Source: a virus
Lineage: Duplodnaviria; Caudoviricetes
DNA: 61,771 nucleotides
IMG/VR virus record: IMGVR_UViG_3300025030_000018
Location: 1-61,771 of that record
Direction: 5' to 3' (one strand)
The notes beneath the pieces are model-generated. The model was not told the DNA's origin. It was given only the letters and a program-made list of their open reading frames with translations, and did no database searches. Positions 16,175 through 25,621 of this stretch are shown here, piece by piece. Position 1 is the stretch's first letter. Every line of letters begins with the position of its first letter. A program made the translations under genes and the position numbers.

Positions 16175-16588
16175 TTAATTCCTTACGACCAGCATCTTAC
16201 GGAATCCACAAGCTGCGGCAACGGCTTTCAATGCCTCTTCAGTTTCTCCGGTGCCGTTAATGGATCTTGACAATTTGACGCCAGCAGAGCGCAACGCCTC
16301 GTCGAGTGCCGCAGATTCTTTATGGTAGCCATACCCGCCTGCGTTGCCGGTGCCGGATGTATAACATTTTTCGTGGTGGACCCATACCGAGCAGTAGACG
16401 ACACTGGCAGACCTGGACCGCCCCATGTAAAACCGGCAAGTAATCAAATCTTTCATCGGCATGGTTTTATCTTTCTTGTTGAGGACGACAATATTATAGG
16501 TGCTGATCGTTTCTTTGCCGTTGCCGTAGTTCTTGGCATTGGAACTTTCTTTTTCCGGCAGCTTTGCAGTGAGTTTAGGGTATGACAT
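16175..16588 (-). CDS. Hypothetical phage early protein
   Basis: 137 aa with G.G.AGGYGYHKESAA motif. Confidence 0.7.
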   Translation of the reverse strand: MSYPKLTAKLPEKESSNAKNYGNGKETISTYNIVVLNKKDKTMPMKDLITCRFYMGRSRSASVVYCSVWVHHEKCYTSGTGNAGGYGYHKESAALDEALRSAGVKLSRSINGTGETEEALKAVAAACGFRKMLVVRN

Positions 16589-16590
16589 TT

Positions 16591-16806
16591 TTATTCTCCC
16601 ATATTCCAGAATTTTACCGGCAACAATATTGATCTAAATTCCCATCCGGCACCGTAGGCCAGGCGGTATTCGCCGATTAAATACCGTTTCTCTTCATTAT
16701 CTTTAGCGTAGTCGCAATGCTCCCAGGCTCGCGAGTATTGACTATTCCGGCAAAGTATTTGATACCTGTATCCCTGTTGCGGATCATAAGCGGCTGGCAT
16801 TGTCAT
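16591..16806 (-). CDS. Hypothetical early protein
   Basis: Start re-called at MTMP after GGGAGG. Confidence 0.6.
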   Translation of the reverse strand: MTMPAAYDPQQGYRYQILCRNSQYSRAWEHCDYAKDNEEKRYLIGEYRLAYGAGWEFRSILLPVKFWNMGE

Positions 16807-16926
16807 TTTTCTACCTCCCAAAATTAAAGATATACTGCATTACCATTTGCCGCCTGACGGAGACAGACAGCGAAAAATAATTGTCGGACATCAGCGCTTT
16901 TATTGCTTGACGGATCAATAGGGATT

Positions 16927-17295
16927 TCATTTGGTTTTTCCTTTGTTGAGTTTTAACCTACAAAACATCCCTTCGCCTGGACCGCGCCCTGACAGTTTTG
17001 TACCATCCTGCATTACAGCGTTAAAGGACCATTGATTGCGGCAGAAGCCAAAATTAACTATGTGGTGCCCGGTTATCGTGGCAATATGTTCCCCACTCCA
17101 AGTAGTAATGTTTTTCCCGTCGCTAGAAATATATGCTGATAGATTTCCATGTTCTCTGAGATAGGTAATATCTCTTGCCAGGCAACAATCGTAGCAATAA
17201 GTTTTCCCGGTTTCAGGATCGGTGCCGAAGCCTCTTGTAAATTCAGAGTGTTTGGATTCCATGTGCCCGCAGTCGCATAAGGTTATTTCTTTCAT
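16927..17295 (-). CDS. Hypothetical early protein, Cys/His-rich N-terminus
   Basis: CDCGH...CYDC; GGAGGTG RBS. Confidence 0.65.
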   Translation of the reverse strand: MKEITLCDCGHMESKHSEFTRGFGTDPETGKTYCYDCCLARDITYLREHGNLSAYISSDGKNITTWSGEHIATITGHHIVNFGFCRNQWSFNAVMQDGTKLSGRGPGEGMFCRLKLNKGKTK

Positions 17296-17450
17296 TTCAA
17301 CACCTCCAAAGCTCGATTAATCATTTCCAGATGATAGGTAATCTCAGGCATCGCGAAGCGATAAAAGCCGATTGCCAGGATTGCCAGAAACGCCAGGTCG
17401 AACAGGATAAAGTTCGGTTTTCGGTAAGTGATAGTTTTGTATTTTTTCAT
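17292..17450 (-). CDS. 52-aa membrane protein (not in ORF track)
   Basis: MKKYKTITYRKPNFILFDLAFLAILAIGFY...; overlaps next start. Confidence 0.55.
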   Translation of the reverse strand: MKKYKTITYRKPNFILFDLAFLAILAIGFYRFAMPEITYHLEMINRALEVLK

Positions 17451-17452
17451 TT

Positions 17453-17788
17453 TTAAATTTCCTCATTATCAAATAAGTCATCTGCAAGCGGTTTCCCGCA
17501 GCACCTACAAACTAACTCGCCCTTTTCCTCATAGTCGTAATCAACAATGTGACTGCATTCCGGGCAGGTATCGGCGTCCCATTCCTCCATTTTTTTAGTA
17601 TAAGTATCGCATATTCTAACGTGCTCATTCCAGGTATCAAGTGTTAATTCCCATTGTGTGGAGCAGAAATAACAGGCTACATACTGGCGGTCCTCGGTAT
17701 GAAGTTTTGTCGCAGCCATATAATGCCGATTACACTCCGGGCATGTGTTATTATGCAACGCAGTGATTATTTCTTTTTGGCTTATCAT
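17453..17788 (-). CDS. Double zinc-ribbon protein
   Basis: CPEC..CYFC and CPEC..CRCC; GGAGG RBS. Confidence 0.65.
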   Translation of the reverse strand: MISQKEIITALHNNTCPECNRHYMAATKLHTEDRQYVACYFCSTQWELTLDTWNEHVRICDTYTKKMEEWDADTCPECSHIVDYDYEEKGELVCRCCGKPLADDLFDNEEI

Positions 17789-17877
17789 TTCTCAATCCTC
17801 CATGTAAAATTATTCTGTTTTTAACCATTCCCGGAAACGAGCTCGGTTAAAAGCTCGCTTCGAGCAATGGTCAACGT

Positions 17878-18249
17878 TTACTTCCTGACCAATTCTTTTC
17901 TCCACTTATCAATGGCCGGGTTGTTCGGGTAATCGTTATCCTTGTATATCTTTGAGTACTGCTCTAAGTACATTGTCAGGTTGTCTTCCGTGGCGCCTAT
18001 GCAGTATGCGAATATCCCAGGGTAGACTTCCATGTATATTGCATACGAATGATTCCAGCTGCAATTATCGCAGGCCATAAACTGTGACCGGATCTTATCT
18101 TTCTTTGTGTCTAGATAATAATTCCTTTCCGTTACTGCGAACGTCACCTTGTTAGCTTCAATGAATTTAAAGCTTGTCGCCGGTACGGTATGAATCCATG
18201 GTCCAGTATGTATATTCATTCCTTGAATGTCGATATGTTGTCTCTTCAT
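17878..18249 (-). CDS. Hypothetical early protein
   Basis: 123-aa ORF with RBS. Confidence 0.65.
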   Translation of the reverse strand: MKRQHIDIQGMNIHTGPWIHTVPATSFKFIEANKVTFAVTERNYYLDTKKDKIRSQFMACDNCSWNHSYAIYMEVYPGIFAYCIGATEDNLTMYLEQYSKIYKDNDYPNNPAIDKWRKELVRK

Positions 18250-18281
18250 TTCCTCGTCTCCTTATGGTTAGGTGGGTTATG

Positions 18282-18461
18282 TTATTTAGCAGGCAGTGAC
18301 ATATACTTGCCGTCTACTGGATTGCGCAGGACAACCGTCTCACCTTTCGGCCAGTAGATAGCCTTGTGACCATGGAAGTCGATTTCCAGGGTAATATGGT
18401 TATTACGTTTAACTTGATGGATTGATCCCGCCACCTTGACTACATGTTCCATGTTTGCCAT
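18282..18461 (-). CDS. 59-aa hypothetical protein (not in ORF track)
   Basis: MANMEHVVKVAGSIHQVKR...; AAGGA RBS. Confidence 0.55.
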   Translation of the reverse strand: MANMEHVVKVAGSIHQVKRNNHITLEIDFHGHKAIYWPKGETVVLRNPVDGKYMSLPAK

Positions 18462-18538
18462 CGTCCTTACCTCATTAGTTAGTGTTAATCATTAATCAAT
18501 CTATGGTGGTTAAAATGTAACATTGTGTAACTTGATTG

Positions 18539-18727
18539 TCATATCTCAATCGGAGCATATAGCGCCCCACGGTCGGATTGTTTCAGATATTCGACATATA
18601 GTTCTAGGTCATCTCGATCCATTGCTACCACGTCCTGTCGCTCGTAATCGGCCAGGCAATAGAGTTGTTCCAAGGATATAGCCAGGCGGATAAGGTGTAG
18701 TCGTTTTGTCATGGCAGGGTACCTCAT
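18539..18727 (-). CDS. First gene of the leftward early cluster, hypothetical
   Basis: 62-aa ORF; start may be the internal MTKR. Confidence 0.5.
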   Translation of the reverse strand: MRYPAMTKRLHLIRLAISLEQLYCLADYERQDVVAMDRDDLELYVEYLKQSDRGALYAPIEI

Positions 18728-18765
18728 TACAGGTAAAGGTTAATAATTTAAAATGTAGATCACTA

Positions 18766-18794
18766 CTTGTAACATCCTGATACGCAAGATACAA
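18766..18794 (-). promoter_or_regulatory. Possible leftward early promoter
   Basis: TTGTAT-17 nt-TACAAG with TGn; overlaps a GTAAC-N5-GATAC box. Confidence 0.35.
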
Positions 18795-19179
18795 GATTTA
18801 TTTGTATCTCGATTAACATTTATTTGTTTTTTGTTTCAGGGTAGGCGTGCTTGTGTGCGGGATCTTGCTTCGCAGCTCGGGCTTGTCCAGGCGGAGTCGG
18901 GAGGTGGTACGCAGGCAGGTGGGAGGGTGTACGGGGTCGAGCGATTCTGGGGATGCCGGCCTGGGGGGAGACGCCGGGTGCCCGGCACCCTTATATCATA
19001 CATGCGCTCATAGCTCCTTAAAATTTAAGACTATTTTCCGTAACTCCTGCACCCCCTCCCATTCAGCGCCTCGCGCCAAAATTCCAAAACCCCTCCCCAC
19101 CTCAATTTCTGTAACCTGAGTTCCAAAATTTCCAAAAAAACCACGCCCCCCATTTTCCGTAACTCCCCTAACTTTCCGC

Positions 19180-19209
19180 TTGACAACTCTAAGCCATCCG
19201 TGTTACCTT
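19180..19209 (+). promoter_or_regulatory. Rightward sigma70-type promoter
   Basis: TTGACA-18 nt-TACCTT with TGn, upstream of the first plus-strand gene. Confidence 0.55.
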
Positions 19210-19236
19210 GAGCTAAACTTAAAGAGGAGGAAACCA

Positions 19237-19455
19237 ATGCCAACGCCAACATTAGATATAACTCCAGCCTTACACGAAGGCATCCCGGTCTGTAGCAAGG
19301 ATAAATGCAGTTGCTTCTCCTCTCGTGTGGAAAGCGGCTGGGGAATATACCAAACCTGCTACCGCTGGACCGAAGAGAAGTTTGGCAAGAAACCGCACTG
19401 CTGGGATAAGGCGCTGTGCAAGCCCTTCGTGGCCGCTGCCGGCGTAAAACTTTAA
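19237..19455 (+). CDS. Small Cys-containing hypothetical protein
   Basis: Start re-called at MPTP after GAGGAGG. Confidence 0.6.
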   Translation: MPTPTLDITPALHEGIPVCSKDKCSCFSSRVESGWGIYQTCYRWTEEKFGKKPHCWDKALCKPFVAAAGVKL

Positions 19456-19489
19456 CCCGCCTCCCCGAGGCGCACCAGGAGGTGGAGAG

Positions 19490-19828
19490 ATGAGATTTGT
19501 CTGCGACAAATGCGGTCCAGTGCAGCCGTCAATAGTCTTCTACAGTTGCCCGGCCCAGGCCGACTGCCCAATCTGTGGACAGCACCTGACTGAGGTGGAT
19601 GGGATACCAGTTATGGTGGCTGTTCCTCCAAAGAACGAAATAGCAGAGGCCTTCGCCGACCTGTACTGGGAGAAGCGACAGACCATCGACAAGGCCAAAA
19701 CCGCAGTAAAGACCTGCAGAGAGCAAATCCTCCCAGAGAACGCCCACTCCTACTATGGCTTCGCCAAGGAGAACAAAGCCCTCCGTACCCTCCTCTCCGA
19801 CCTCGAGAGGATCTTGGAGGAGAAGTGA
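19490..19828 (+). CDS. Zinc-ribbon hypothetical protein
   Basis: CDKC...CPIC N-terminus; GGAGG RBS. Confidence 0.6.
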   Translation: MRFVCDKCGPVQPSIVFYSCPAQADCPICGQHLTEVDGIPVMVAVPPKNEIAEAFADLYWEKRQTIDKAKTAVKTCREQILPENAHSYYGFAKENKALRTLLSDLERILEEK

Positions 19829-20025
19829 TGGCAGATACTTTGGAATTTTACGACGGCGATAAACTGATAGCCCACATCAAGTCCAGCATGGTTCCGCCCG
19901 AAGGCAGTTTCATCAGCATCAGAAAGGAGACCTGGAAAGTAGTCCAGGTAACCTTCGCCCTGGATCACGCCGACGAGCCGGCCTTTAAATCAATGCGATG
20001 CAATGTTGATCTCGAAAAGCCCTAA
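19825..20025 (+). CDS. Hypothetical protein
   Basis: 66-aa ORF overlapping the upstream stop. Confidence 0.55.
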   Translation: MMADTLEFYDGDKLIAHIKSSMVPPEGSFISIRKETWKVVQVTFALDHADEPAFKSMRCNVDLEKP

Positions 20026-20095
20026 CCCACCAAAAAAGTAACAAACCCTCACTTTCCTCTTGAACTTTTGTCCTAATCAGGGTAATACCTGATAT

Positions 20096-20647
20096 ATGGA
20101 CAAGTCTATTGCAAATAGTGAGTTTGACTTAGCTCTCCTCGACGACGCCAGCTTCGGGATGGACGACATCCTTGCCAGCGACCTGGGGATCGACCTCGAT
20201 AGTCTGCCCGCCCCGAAAAAGTCCAAAAAATCCAGACTCCCCACACCGCTCATCCCTTCGCCAGTCCCACCCACCTGTCAGTGGGACCCGAGACTTGTTC
20301 TCGATCTGGCGATCGCCGTCGACGACCTGTCCGTTATCCTCGCCCGCTACGACCTCACCGAGGCCGAGTTCAACCTCTTATCAGACACTCCCGTCTTCAG
20401 GCGCGAGCTGGCCCTTGCCATGCGCGATGCCCGGGAGAACGGCGTGGGGTTCCAAGTCAAGGCAAAAATTCAGGCAGAGAGCTACCTGTCGGTCTTAGAC
20501 GCTTTGGTCTACGACAACAACACCCCGGCCTCCGTTCGCTTGGAGTGCATCAGGTCGGCTGTCCAGTGGGGCGCGCTTCTTCCGAAGGAGGCGAAAGCAG
20601 ACAGTACCCAGAACGCTACGCAAATTAATGTAAATATTTCCTTCTAA
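20096..20647 (+). CDS. Putative terminase small subunit
   Basis: HTH-like middle, helical core, C-terminal INVNISF beta-strand; near the start of the late arm. Confidence 0.5.
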   Translation: MDKSIANSEFDLALLDDASFGMDDILASDLGIDLDSLPAPKKSKKSRLPTPLIPSPVPPTCQWDPRLVLDLAIAVDDLSVILARYDLTEAEFNLLSDTPVFRRELALAMRDARENGVGFQVKAKIQAESYLSVLDALVYDNNTPASVRLECIRSAVQWGALLPKEAKADSTQNATQINVNISF

Positions 20648-20671
20648 TATCAAGTACATAGGAGCCTCACC

Positions 20672-21052
20672 ATGGCCGGAGCCTCAAGCACTTTCAGTCA
20701 GGAGTACAACAACAATAGTAACGATCTGCCGGGAGTGACCAAGGGGTTTGCCTACTCCTTCGTGGCTGACAATGCGACCGGGGCCTTCACCGCACTCACC
20801 ACCACCGGGGTCAGCTTCGACGGCGCCCTGGCCGGTATAGGCGTGAAGTTCGGCACGACCCCGCCCGACAGCTTGATTGTGACCGTCTCCGATGTCCTCG
20901 GGATCCCGGTCGTCGTTGGCGCCGCACTCACCGCCTCAGGGTATGTCCAGCTAGACCGCCCGATGTTCTTCACTCCCGGGCCGCTGACGATCACTCTCAC
21001 TGGCAACACGACGAACAGTGCGGCTGTGACCGTCTCCCTGGTTTTCGCGTAA
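20672..21052 (+). CDS. Small beta-rich virion protein
   Basis: Thr/Gly/Ala-rich, 126 aa, precedes the fibre gene. Confidence 0.55.
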   Translation: MAGASSTFSQEYNNNSNDLPGVTKGFAYSFVADNATGAFTALTTTGVSFDGALAGIGVKFGTTPPDSLIVTVSDVLGIPVVVGAALTASGYVQLDRPMFFTPGPLTITLTGNTTNSAAVTVSLVFA

Positions 21053-21063
21053 AGGAGCCAGCC

Positions 21064-23007
21064 GTGAGACCTCGTCGACCTCGCACTGAGACTTACCACA
21101 AAGGCTACTCCTCCAGAGCCGCCCTCGGAGCCACCAACTACCTGACTACTGTGACCGGCGGAGGCCTCGTCCTTCCGTCCTCCGGGCTGGTCTTCAAAGC
21201 ACTGGCCAGTAACGGCCTGGTTGATACTATCGGCAAATCAATCGCCGAGGTATACCCGCTGACCGACCCTGCCCTGCGGTCGATTATCTCTGCTGATGGT
21301 GGGGCTACCAAACGGGATGATGCTGAGATTGTTACCCTAGCCCTTGCCTCTCCCCTGCTCAATGGTTCAACAATGTGTGGATCGGCGGAGGAGGGGATTG
21401 TCTTTTACAATTACCTGACGATTCCCGTAGCGGCACCGGCAACCGTACTGACAAAAGCGTGTAGATGTCTAGGTGCAACATACACCCCGCCAACCGGACC
21501 TGATCAATTTACCATCACTGACCAGACAGGCGTGGAATTATCCACACTCACTACATCCGCCCCAGTTACGGTTGAGGGATTGCTGGTTAGCGCAGCAATC
21601 TCGGTAACAGGTGGAGCATACCGGCTCAACGGTGCAGGGGATTTTGTTGCTACTCCTGGAATATGGAGTCCCGGCGATACGTTCGAGGCGCAGCGTCTGG
21701 CCGACGACGATTACGAGACCACTGTCAATGCAGTTGTGTCTATCAATGGCGTGAGTGATACGTTTGCCGTTACGACCAAGCAGGAGGCTACTCCTAAATT
21801 AATTTTCGACACTAAAAACAATACTCTCAACGACTCGCTGGGGGTTGGGTTGGCATATTCCACCGCAGCAGGTCAGGTGCCTAACCTTACTGGTGGCGTG
21901 CAATCATCATCCACGCCACCAGTTGATGTAAGTGGTTTTTACGCAGGTGGTGCATTTACCAATCTCTCATCAACACCCGATGCGGCGGCAGGAGGGTCGA
22001 TAAACACTAACCAGACAGATGCTTTTGGTGGCTCGACAGCAATCGCTCTGGTGAACAGTGAGGCGTCTGAGTCTCATTTTATTTATAGCGGCACAACAAA
22101 CTATGTATCAGGCACAACCTATACATTTTCGGCACTAGTAAAAGCTGGAACTCAACGGTATATCCAACTCACCGCCCCTGGCGCTCAATTCGTCAGTAAA
22201 TATGCTAACTTTGATCTACAGGATGGGGTGGTCGGCTCCCTCTCGGCGGGGTCTACATCAAGCATCACATCGTATGGCAATGGGTGGTTTCTGGTGTCGT
22301 GGACCGTGGCTGCTGCGGCTAACGGTGTCGGATATAGCAATATGTTTGTCAGTGTACCTGCTGCGACATCTGTTCGCTTGTCAGTATACTCAGCGGGAGC
22401 AGCAGCCACTATGTTTTCTGCATCTAATTTTATGTGCGTGGCGAGCGCATATCAATATCCTTGTGTACCACGTAGCCAATCAATAGTCTCCACAATCGGC
22501 ACCTCTACGGGGAATGGAGTGTCTGTGCCACTAAGTGGTAGCGACAAGGCCACGGCTCTCGGAGCAGCATTCAGCGGTGGCGCAATCTCGGCAGTAGTGC
22601 CAATTAAATTCGGAGCGTCCTCGGCCCAAATCACAGCGGATACCAATCTCGTCGCGGTAAAAAATGCCGTAGTTGATTTCCTCTATGTGGCTGATGGAGG
22701 AGTTTTTAAATCAACCGATAGTGCTGGGAACACGGCGAGCGTTACGGTTGCGTCGGGGTGGTCACGATACGAAAAACTAACTGCATACATCAAAGGATCA
22801 GGGGCGACGTTCAAAATCGGCTACCGAAAATACGGGGAATCATCCATAACCTGGGGCACTCCTGCAACATTTTCCGGATCATTTAGCCCTGACACTCTAC
22901 GGCTCGCCTACACCTCGGCTGTCCCGAATACGTTCAAAGGGGTACTCATCTACAGCTCCGATATAGCCGATGCGACCTTATTGGCAGACGAGGTGACGTA
23001 TGTTTAG
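21064..23007 (+). CDS. Fibre/spike protein with carbohydrate-binding-like domains
   Basis: 647 aa, S/T/G/A-rich; TYTFS..VKAG...FDL...GNGW motif typical of phage fibre domains. Confidence 0.65.
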   Translation: MRPRRPRTETYHKGYSSRAALGATNYLTTVTGGGLVLPSSGLVFKALASNGLVDTIGKSIAEVYPLTDPALRSIISADGGATKRDDAEIVTLALASPLLNGSTMCGSAEEGIVFYNYLTIPVAAPATVLTKACRCLGATYTPPTGPDQFTITDQTGVELSTLTTSAPVTVEGLLVSAAISVTGGAYRLNGAGDFVATPGIWSPGDTFEAQRLADDDYETTVNAVVSINGVSDTFAVTTKQEATPKLIFDTKNNTLNDSLGVGLAYSTAAGQVPNLTGGVQSSSTPPVDVSGFYAGGAFTNLSSTPDAAAGGSINTNQTDAFGGSTAIALVNSEASESHFIYSGTTNYVSGTTYTFSALVKAGTQRYIQLTAPGAQFVSKYANFDLQDGVVGSLSAGSTSSITSYGNGWFLVSWTVAAAANGVGYSNMFVSVPAATSVRLSVYSAGAAATMFSASNFMCVASAYQYPCVPRSQSIVSTIGTSTGNGVSVPLSGSDKATALGAAFSGGAISAVVPIKFGASSAQITADTNLVAVKNAVVDFLYVADGGVFKSTDSAGNTASVTVASGWSRYEKLTAYIKGSGATFKIGYRKYGESSITWGTPATFSGSFSPDTLRLAYTSAVPNTFKGVLIYSSDIADATLLADEVTYV

Positions 23008-23530
23008 GACGATTGATAGAGGGGACTACTACCACGGATATTTCCTGGCTGATCCCGCAACTCCCGGCGTTATTCACGGACTAAAACCGCTAAACCCCTG
23101 GTACTGCGGATCGTGCATGAAAGATGGCAAGCAGTACGATATCTATTTCATTCACTGGTACAAGGATTATCCAACAGGATCAGAGCAAAGCCAGGATTTT
23201 GCAGAGGTAAAGGACTTTAGCCTAGACGCCTTCGACCAATGGCTACAGGTGCCACTTGTCCAGGCGGTCATTATGGATCTACCTCTTTCCGGATTAACTG
23301 TTCTGCCAACCGTTACGGCGTTACTCGATGCCGACAGAGCACTTGGCATTCCAGGAGAGCACATAGCATATCGCCGGGCTGATATTATCCATCCTGCATT
23401 TCTCGGGTTTACATTTGATTCTGTGCTGGCTGAAAATCCATGGATTGTGCAGCCAGTTGTCGATCCTGAGACAGGGGTGGAAACTCCTAATATATGGAAA
23501 TGTAATCTCGGGACAACGGTGGAATCATGA
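23000..23530 (+). CDS. Fibre-associated hypothetical protein
   Basis: Overlaps fibre gene end; GAGGTG RBS. Confidence 0.6.
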   Translation: MFRTIDRGDYYHGYFLADPATPGVIHGLKPLNPWYCGSCMKDGKQYDIYFIHWYKDYPTGSEQSQDFAEVKDFSLDAFDQWLQVPLVQAVIMDLPLSGLTVLPTVTALLDADRALGIPGEHIAYRRADIIHPAFLGFTFDSVLAENPWIVQPVVDPETGVETPNIWKCNLGTTVES

Positions 23531-23659
23531 GGGCTACCATAATTATTTTTATGCTAATCGTGGCTGTAATTAGCACTGGGATTTGGTGCAAACTTTTAAA
23601 ACGACCGTGAAAGATAGTTAACTAAACTCAACCACTAGACTTCAAGGAGGGGGGAAATT

Positions 23660-24256
23660 ATGAGGGTTTTTTTACCTGTCACACTCTGTAGGTACTTCAA
23701 AGTGGTACTAATTTGCAGTGCGGCCTTGACCCTTTCCGGGTGCGCCACACCATACGACGCGAAGATCGCTCAGTCGAACAACGACACCGTGCAGAACCAC
23801 GATAAGCAGCAAGGCGAAGTCGCGAAGAAGAAGGCGGAGTCCATCACCGGCATTTTCGACAAACTTGCGGCGAAGTGCGAGAACACTGACTCGTTCGCCT
23901 GTGGGGCGCTGCTCGGCATGTCCGGGGCCATGGCTTCTCGTGATATCGCCGGCATTAAGACCGAAGAGTACAAAGGCCCGATGCAGAAGACCGGGGTAGA
24001 CGCCCAGATCAAGGTCGTGGAGAAAGCCGAGGCGATCGTCAACCCGATGGTCACTATGGTAGTTGCGACCAAAGCGATCGACAAGGACAAAGGCGTGGTC
24101 AACAACAACGCCTCCGAGAACTCGACAGTCAATAACTCCTACGACGAAGACCACGCCACGGCCATTAACACTGATGAGGGCAGTTCGACTGCGAACAACT
24201 CGCCAAGTGGCAACCACGAGGAAGTTGTTGCGCCGGAACCCGTAGTCGAGGAGTAA
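23660..24256 (+). CDS. Lipoprotein in the lysis region
   Basis: Lipobox LTLSG-C; AAGGAGG RBS. Confidence 0.65.
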   Translation: MRVFLPVTLCRYFKVVLICSAALTLSGCATPYDAKIAQSNNDTVQNHDKQQGEVAKKKAESITGIFDKLAAKCENTDSFACGALLGMSGAMASRDIAGIKTEEYKGPMQKTGVDAQIKVVEKAEAIVNPMVTMVVATKAIDKDKGVVNNNASENSTVNNSYDEDHATAINTDEGSSTANNSPSGNHEEVVAPEPVVEE

Positions 24257-24560
24257 AACTTTTCGAGGGAGGGCACTATGATCGACATCGTAACCCATCC
24301 GCACACCGACGAGCGCAACAACCGGCAATGGAAGACTGAAGGGTGTCACAGGGCCTGCATCCAGGGCAACAAGGAGAGCATGGTGCCGGACATCTGCCCG
24401 CACTATGAAAAGCGGCTCGCGGTAGAGCGGTGCCATAAGGACGAGGAGCAGGGATGAACGACGACTACGGCCCGGCTCCGAAGAAGGAAGTGGCGATCGC
24501 CATGGTCTCGATCCCGCTCGAGAAGCTGATCAAGTTAATTAAGAAGTTATGGAGGTGGAA

Positions 24561-24836
24561 ATGATAGACAAAGTACTTGTCAAGTTCGGCCTGAAGTACC
24601 TTGCCGGCAAACTGGATGGGAAAAAGACCTATTTTGGTGCTGCTGTCCTCATGTTTCTCGGTACAGGTAAAATTATTGCCGGTCTTCTCGGGGTTATTGG
24701 CAATATGTACCCTGACGTAGGCGCCCCAGCAGTTGACCTTGATGGCTGCTATAATCTGCTGGAAGTGGGAGCAGCTACCTTCGGTGCCGGCCTCGCCATG
24801 ATCGGCATCGGCCACAAAGTGGAGAAAAAGTCATGA
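24561..24836 (+). CDS. Holin-like membrane protein
   Basis: L.GKKTY motif and two hydrophobic helices. Confidence 0.55.
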   Translation: MIDKVLVKFGLKYLAGKLDGKKTYFGAAVLMFLGTGKIIAGLLGVIGNMYPDVGAPAVDLDGCYNLLEVGAATFGAGLAMIGIGHKVEKKS

Positions 24837-25108
24837 CCCAAAAACTGAAATTCATCCTGTCCGAGGCCTGGGCTTTCCTTCTGCCATTTATCAAGATTCT
24901 CCTCGCCCAAGGCGGCAGGCTTCTGATGGAGGCAGCTCTTGAGGCTGTCCAGGCTGCCAGTACCATGAATGGTGCATCTGGGTCGGAGAAACGGGCAGCA
25001 GCCTTTGAGATTGTGAAAGCCAAACTCGCCAGTGCGGGAGTGCAGATGGCAGCCTCAGTTATCAACTCGGCAATCGAGGCCGCAGTGCTGAAGATACGTG
25101 AAAATTGA
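24833..25108 (+). CDS. Holin-like protein (LL-H-type)
   Basis: AV.AA...SG.EKR..A...IEAAV pattern. Confidence 0.6.
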   Translation: MTQKLKFILSEAWAFLLPFIKILLAQGGRLLMEAALEAVQAASTMNGASGSEKRAAAFEIVKAKLASAGVQMAASVINSAIEAAVLKIREN

Positions 25109-25313
25109 TTACTGCACTCTCGCCCCTGACCGGATCAAGTCCTACGACCTCTCCGGCTGCTGCCTACTGCACGATGAGGGGTACGCAGCCAAGACGGCCG
25201 CGAGGGCACAGGTTGACCAGGAGTTCAGGGAGTGAGTGCCGAGAATCGCCGGTAGGCTGATCGGCGGTGTGTACTACCTGGCAGTGAGACTGTTCGGGTG
25301 GATAGTTTGGTAG
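25098..25313 (+). pseudogene. Phospholipase A2-like gene with in-frame TGA (nonsense allele or recoded selenocysteine)
   Basis: MKIDYCTLAPD...CCLLHDEGY...VDQEFRE*VPRIAGRLIGGVYYLAVRLFGWIVW; TGA at 25233-25235; fills the gap between neighbours. Confidence 0.65.
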
Positions 25314-25336
25314 GGCCTCAAGGGAGGGACGATCTG

Positions 25337-25621
25337 ATGCCAATGCCGGACCCAAGCAATGAAACAAACGCCCTAGTGCTTCTAGGGGCAAAAATCCTAG
25401 GGTACGCGGGATCATTCGTGGCCGGTATAGTCGCTGCCACATGGGCGGTAGCTACCAAGCTGAAGGGCTACGACGACCGTCTTAAATCCGTCGAGGAAGC
25501 CCAGAGCAAGTGCCAGGGCGTGACCTTGGTAAAGCTGGACGAGAAGCTGGATTACATCATTCAAGAAGGGTTCCCGGATGTGCATAAGCGAATAGATGCG
25601 GTTCTTCTCAAGGAGAAATGA
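25337..25621 (+). CDS. Single-TM coiled-coil lysis-region protein
   Basis: Start re-called at MPMP after GGGAGGG; N-terminal hydrophobic helix. Confidence 0.6.
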   Translation: MPMPDPSNETNALVLLGAKILGYAGSFVAGIVAATWAVATKLKGYDDRLKSVEEAQSKCQGVTLVKLDEKLDYIIQEGFPDVHKRIDAVLLKEK

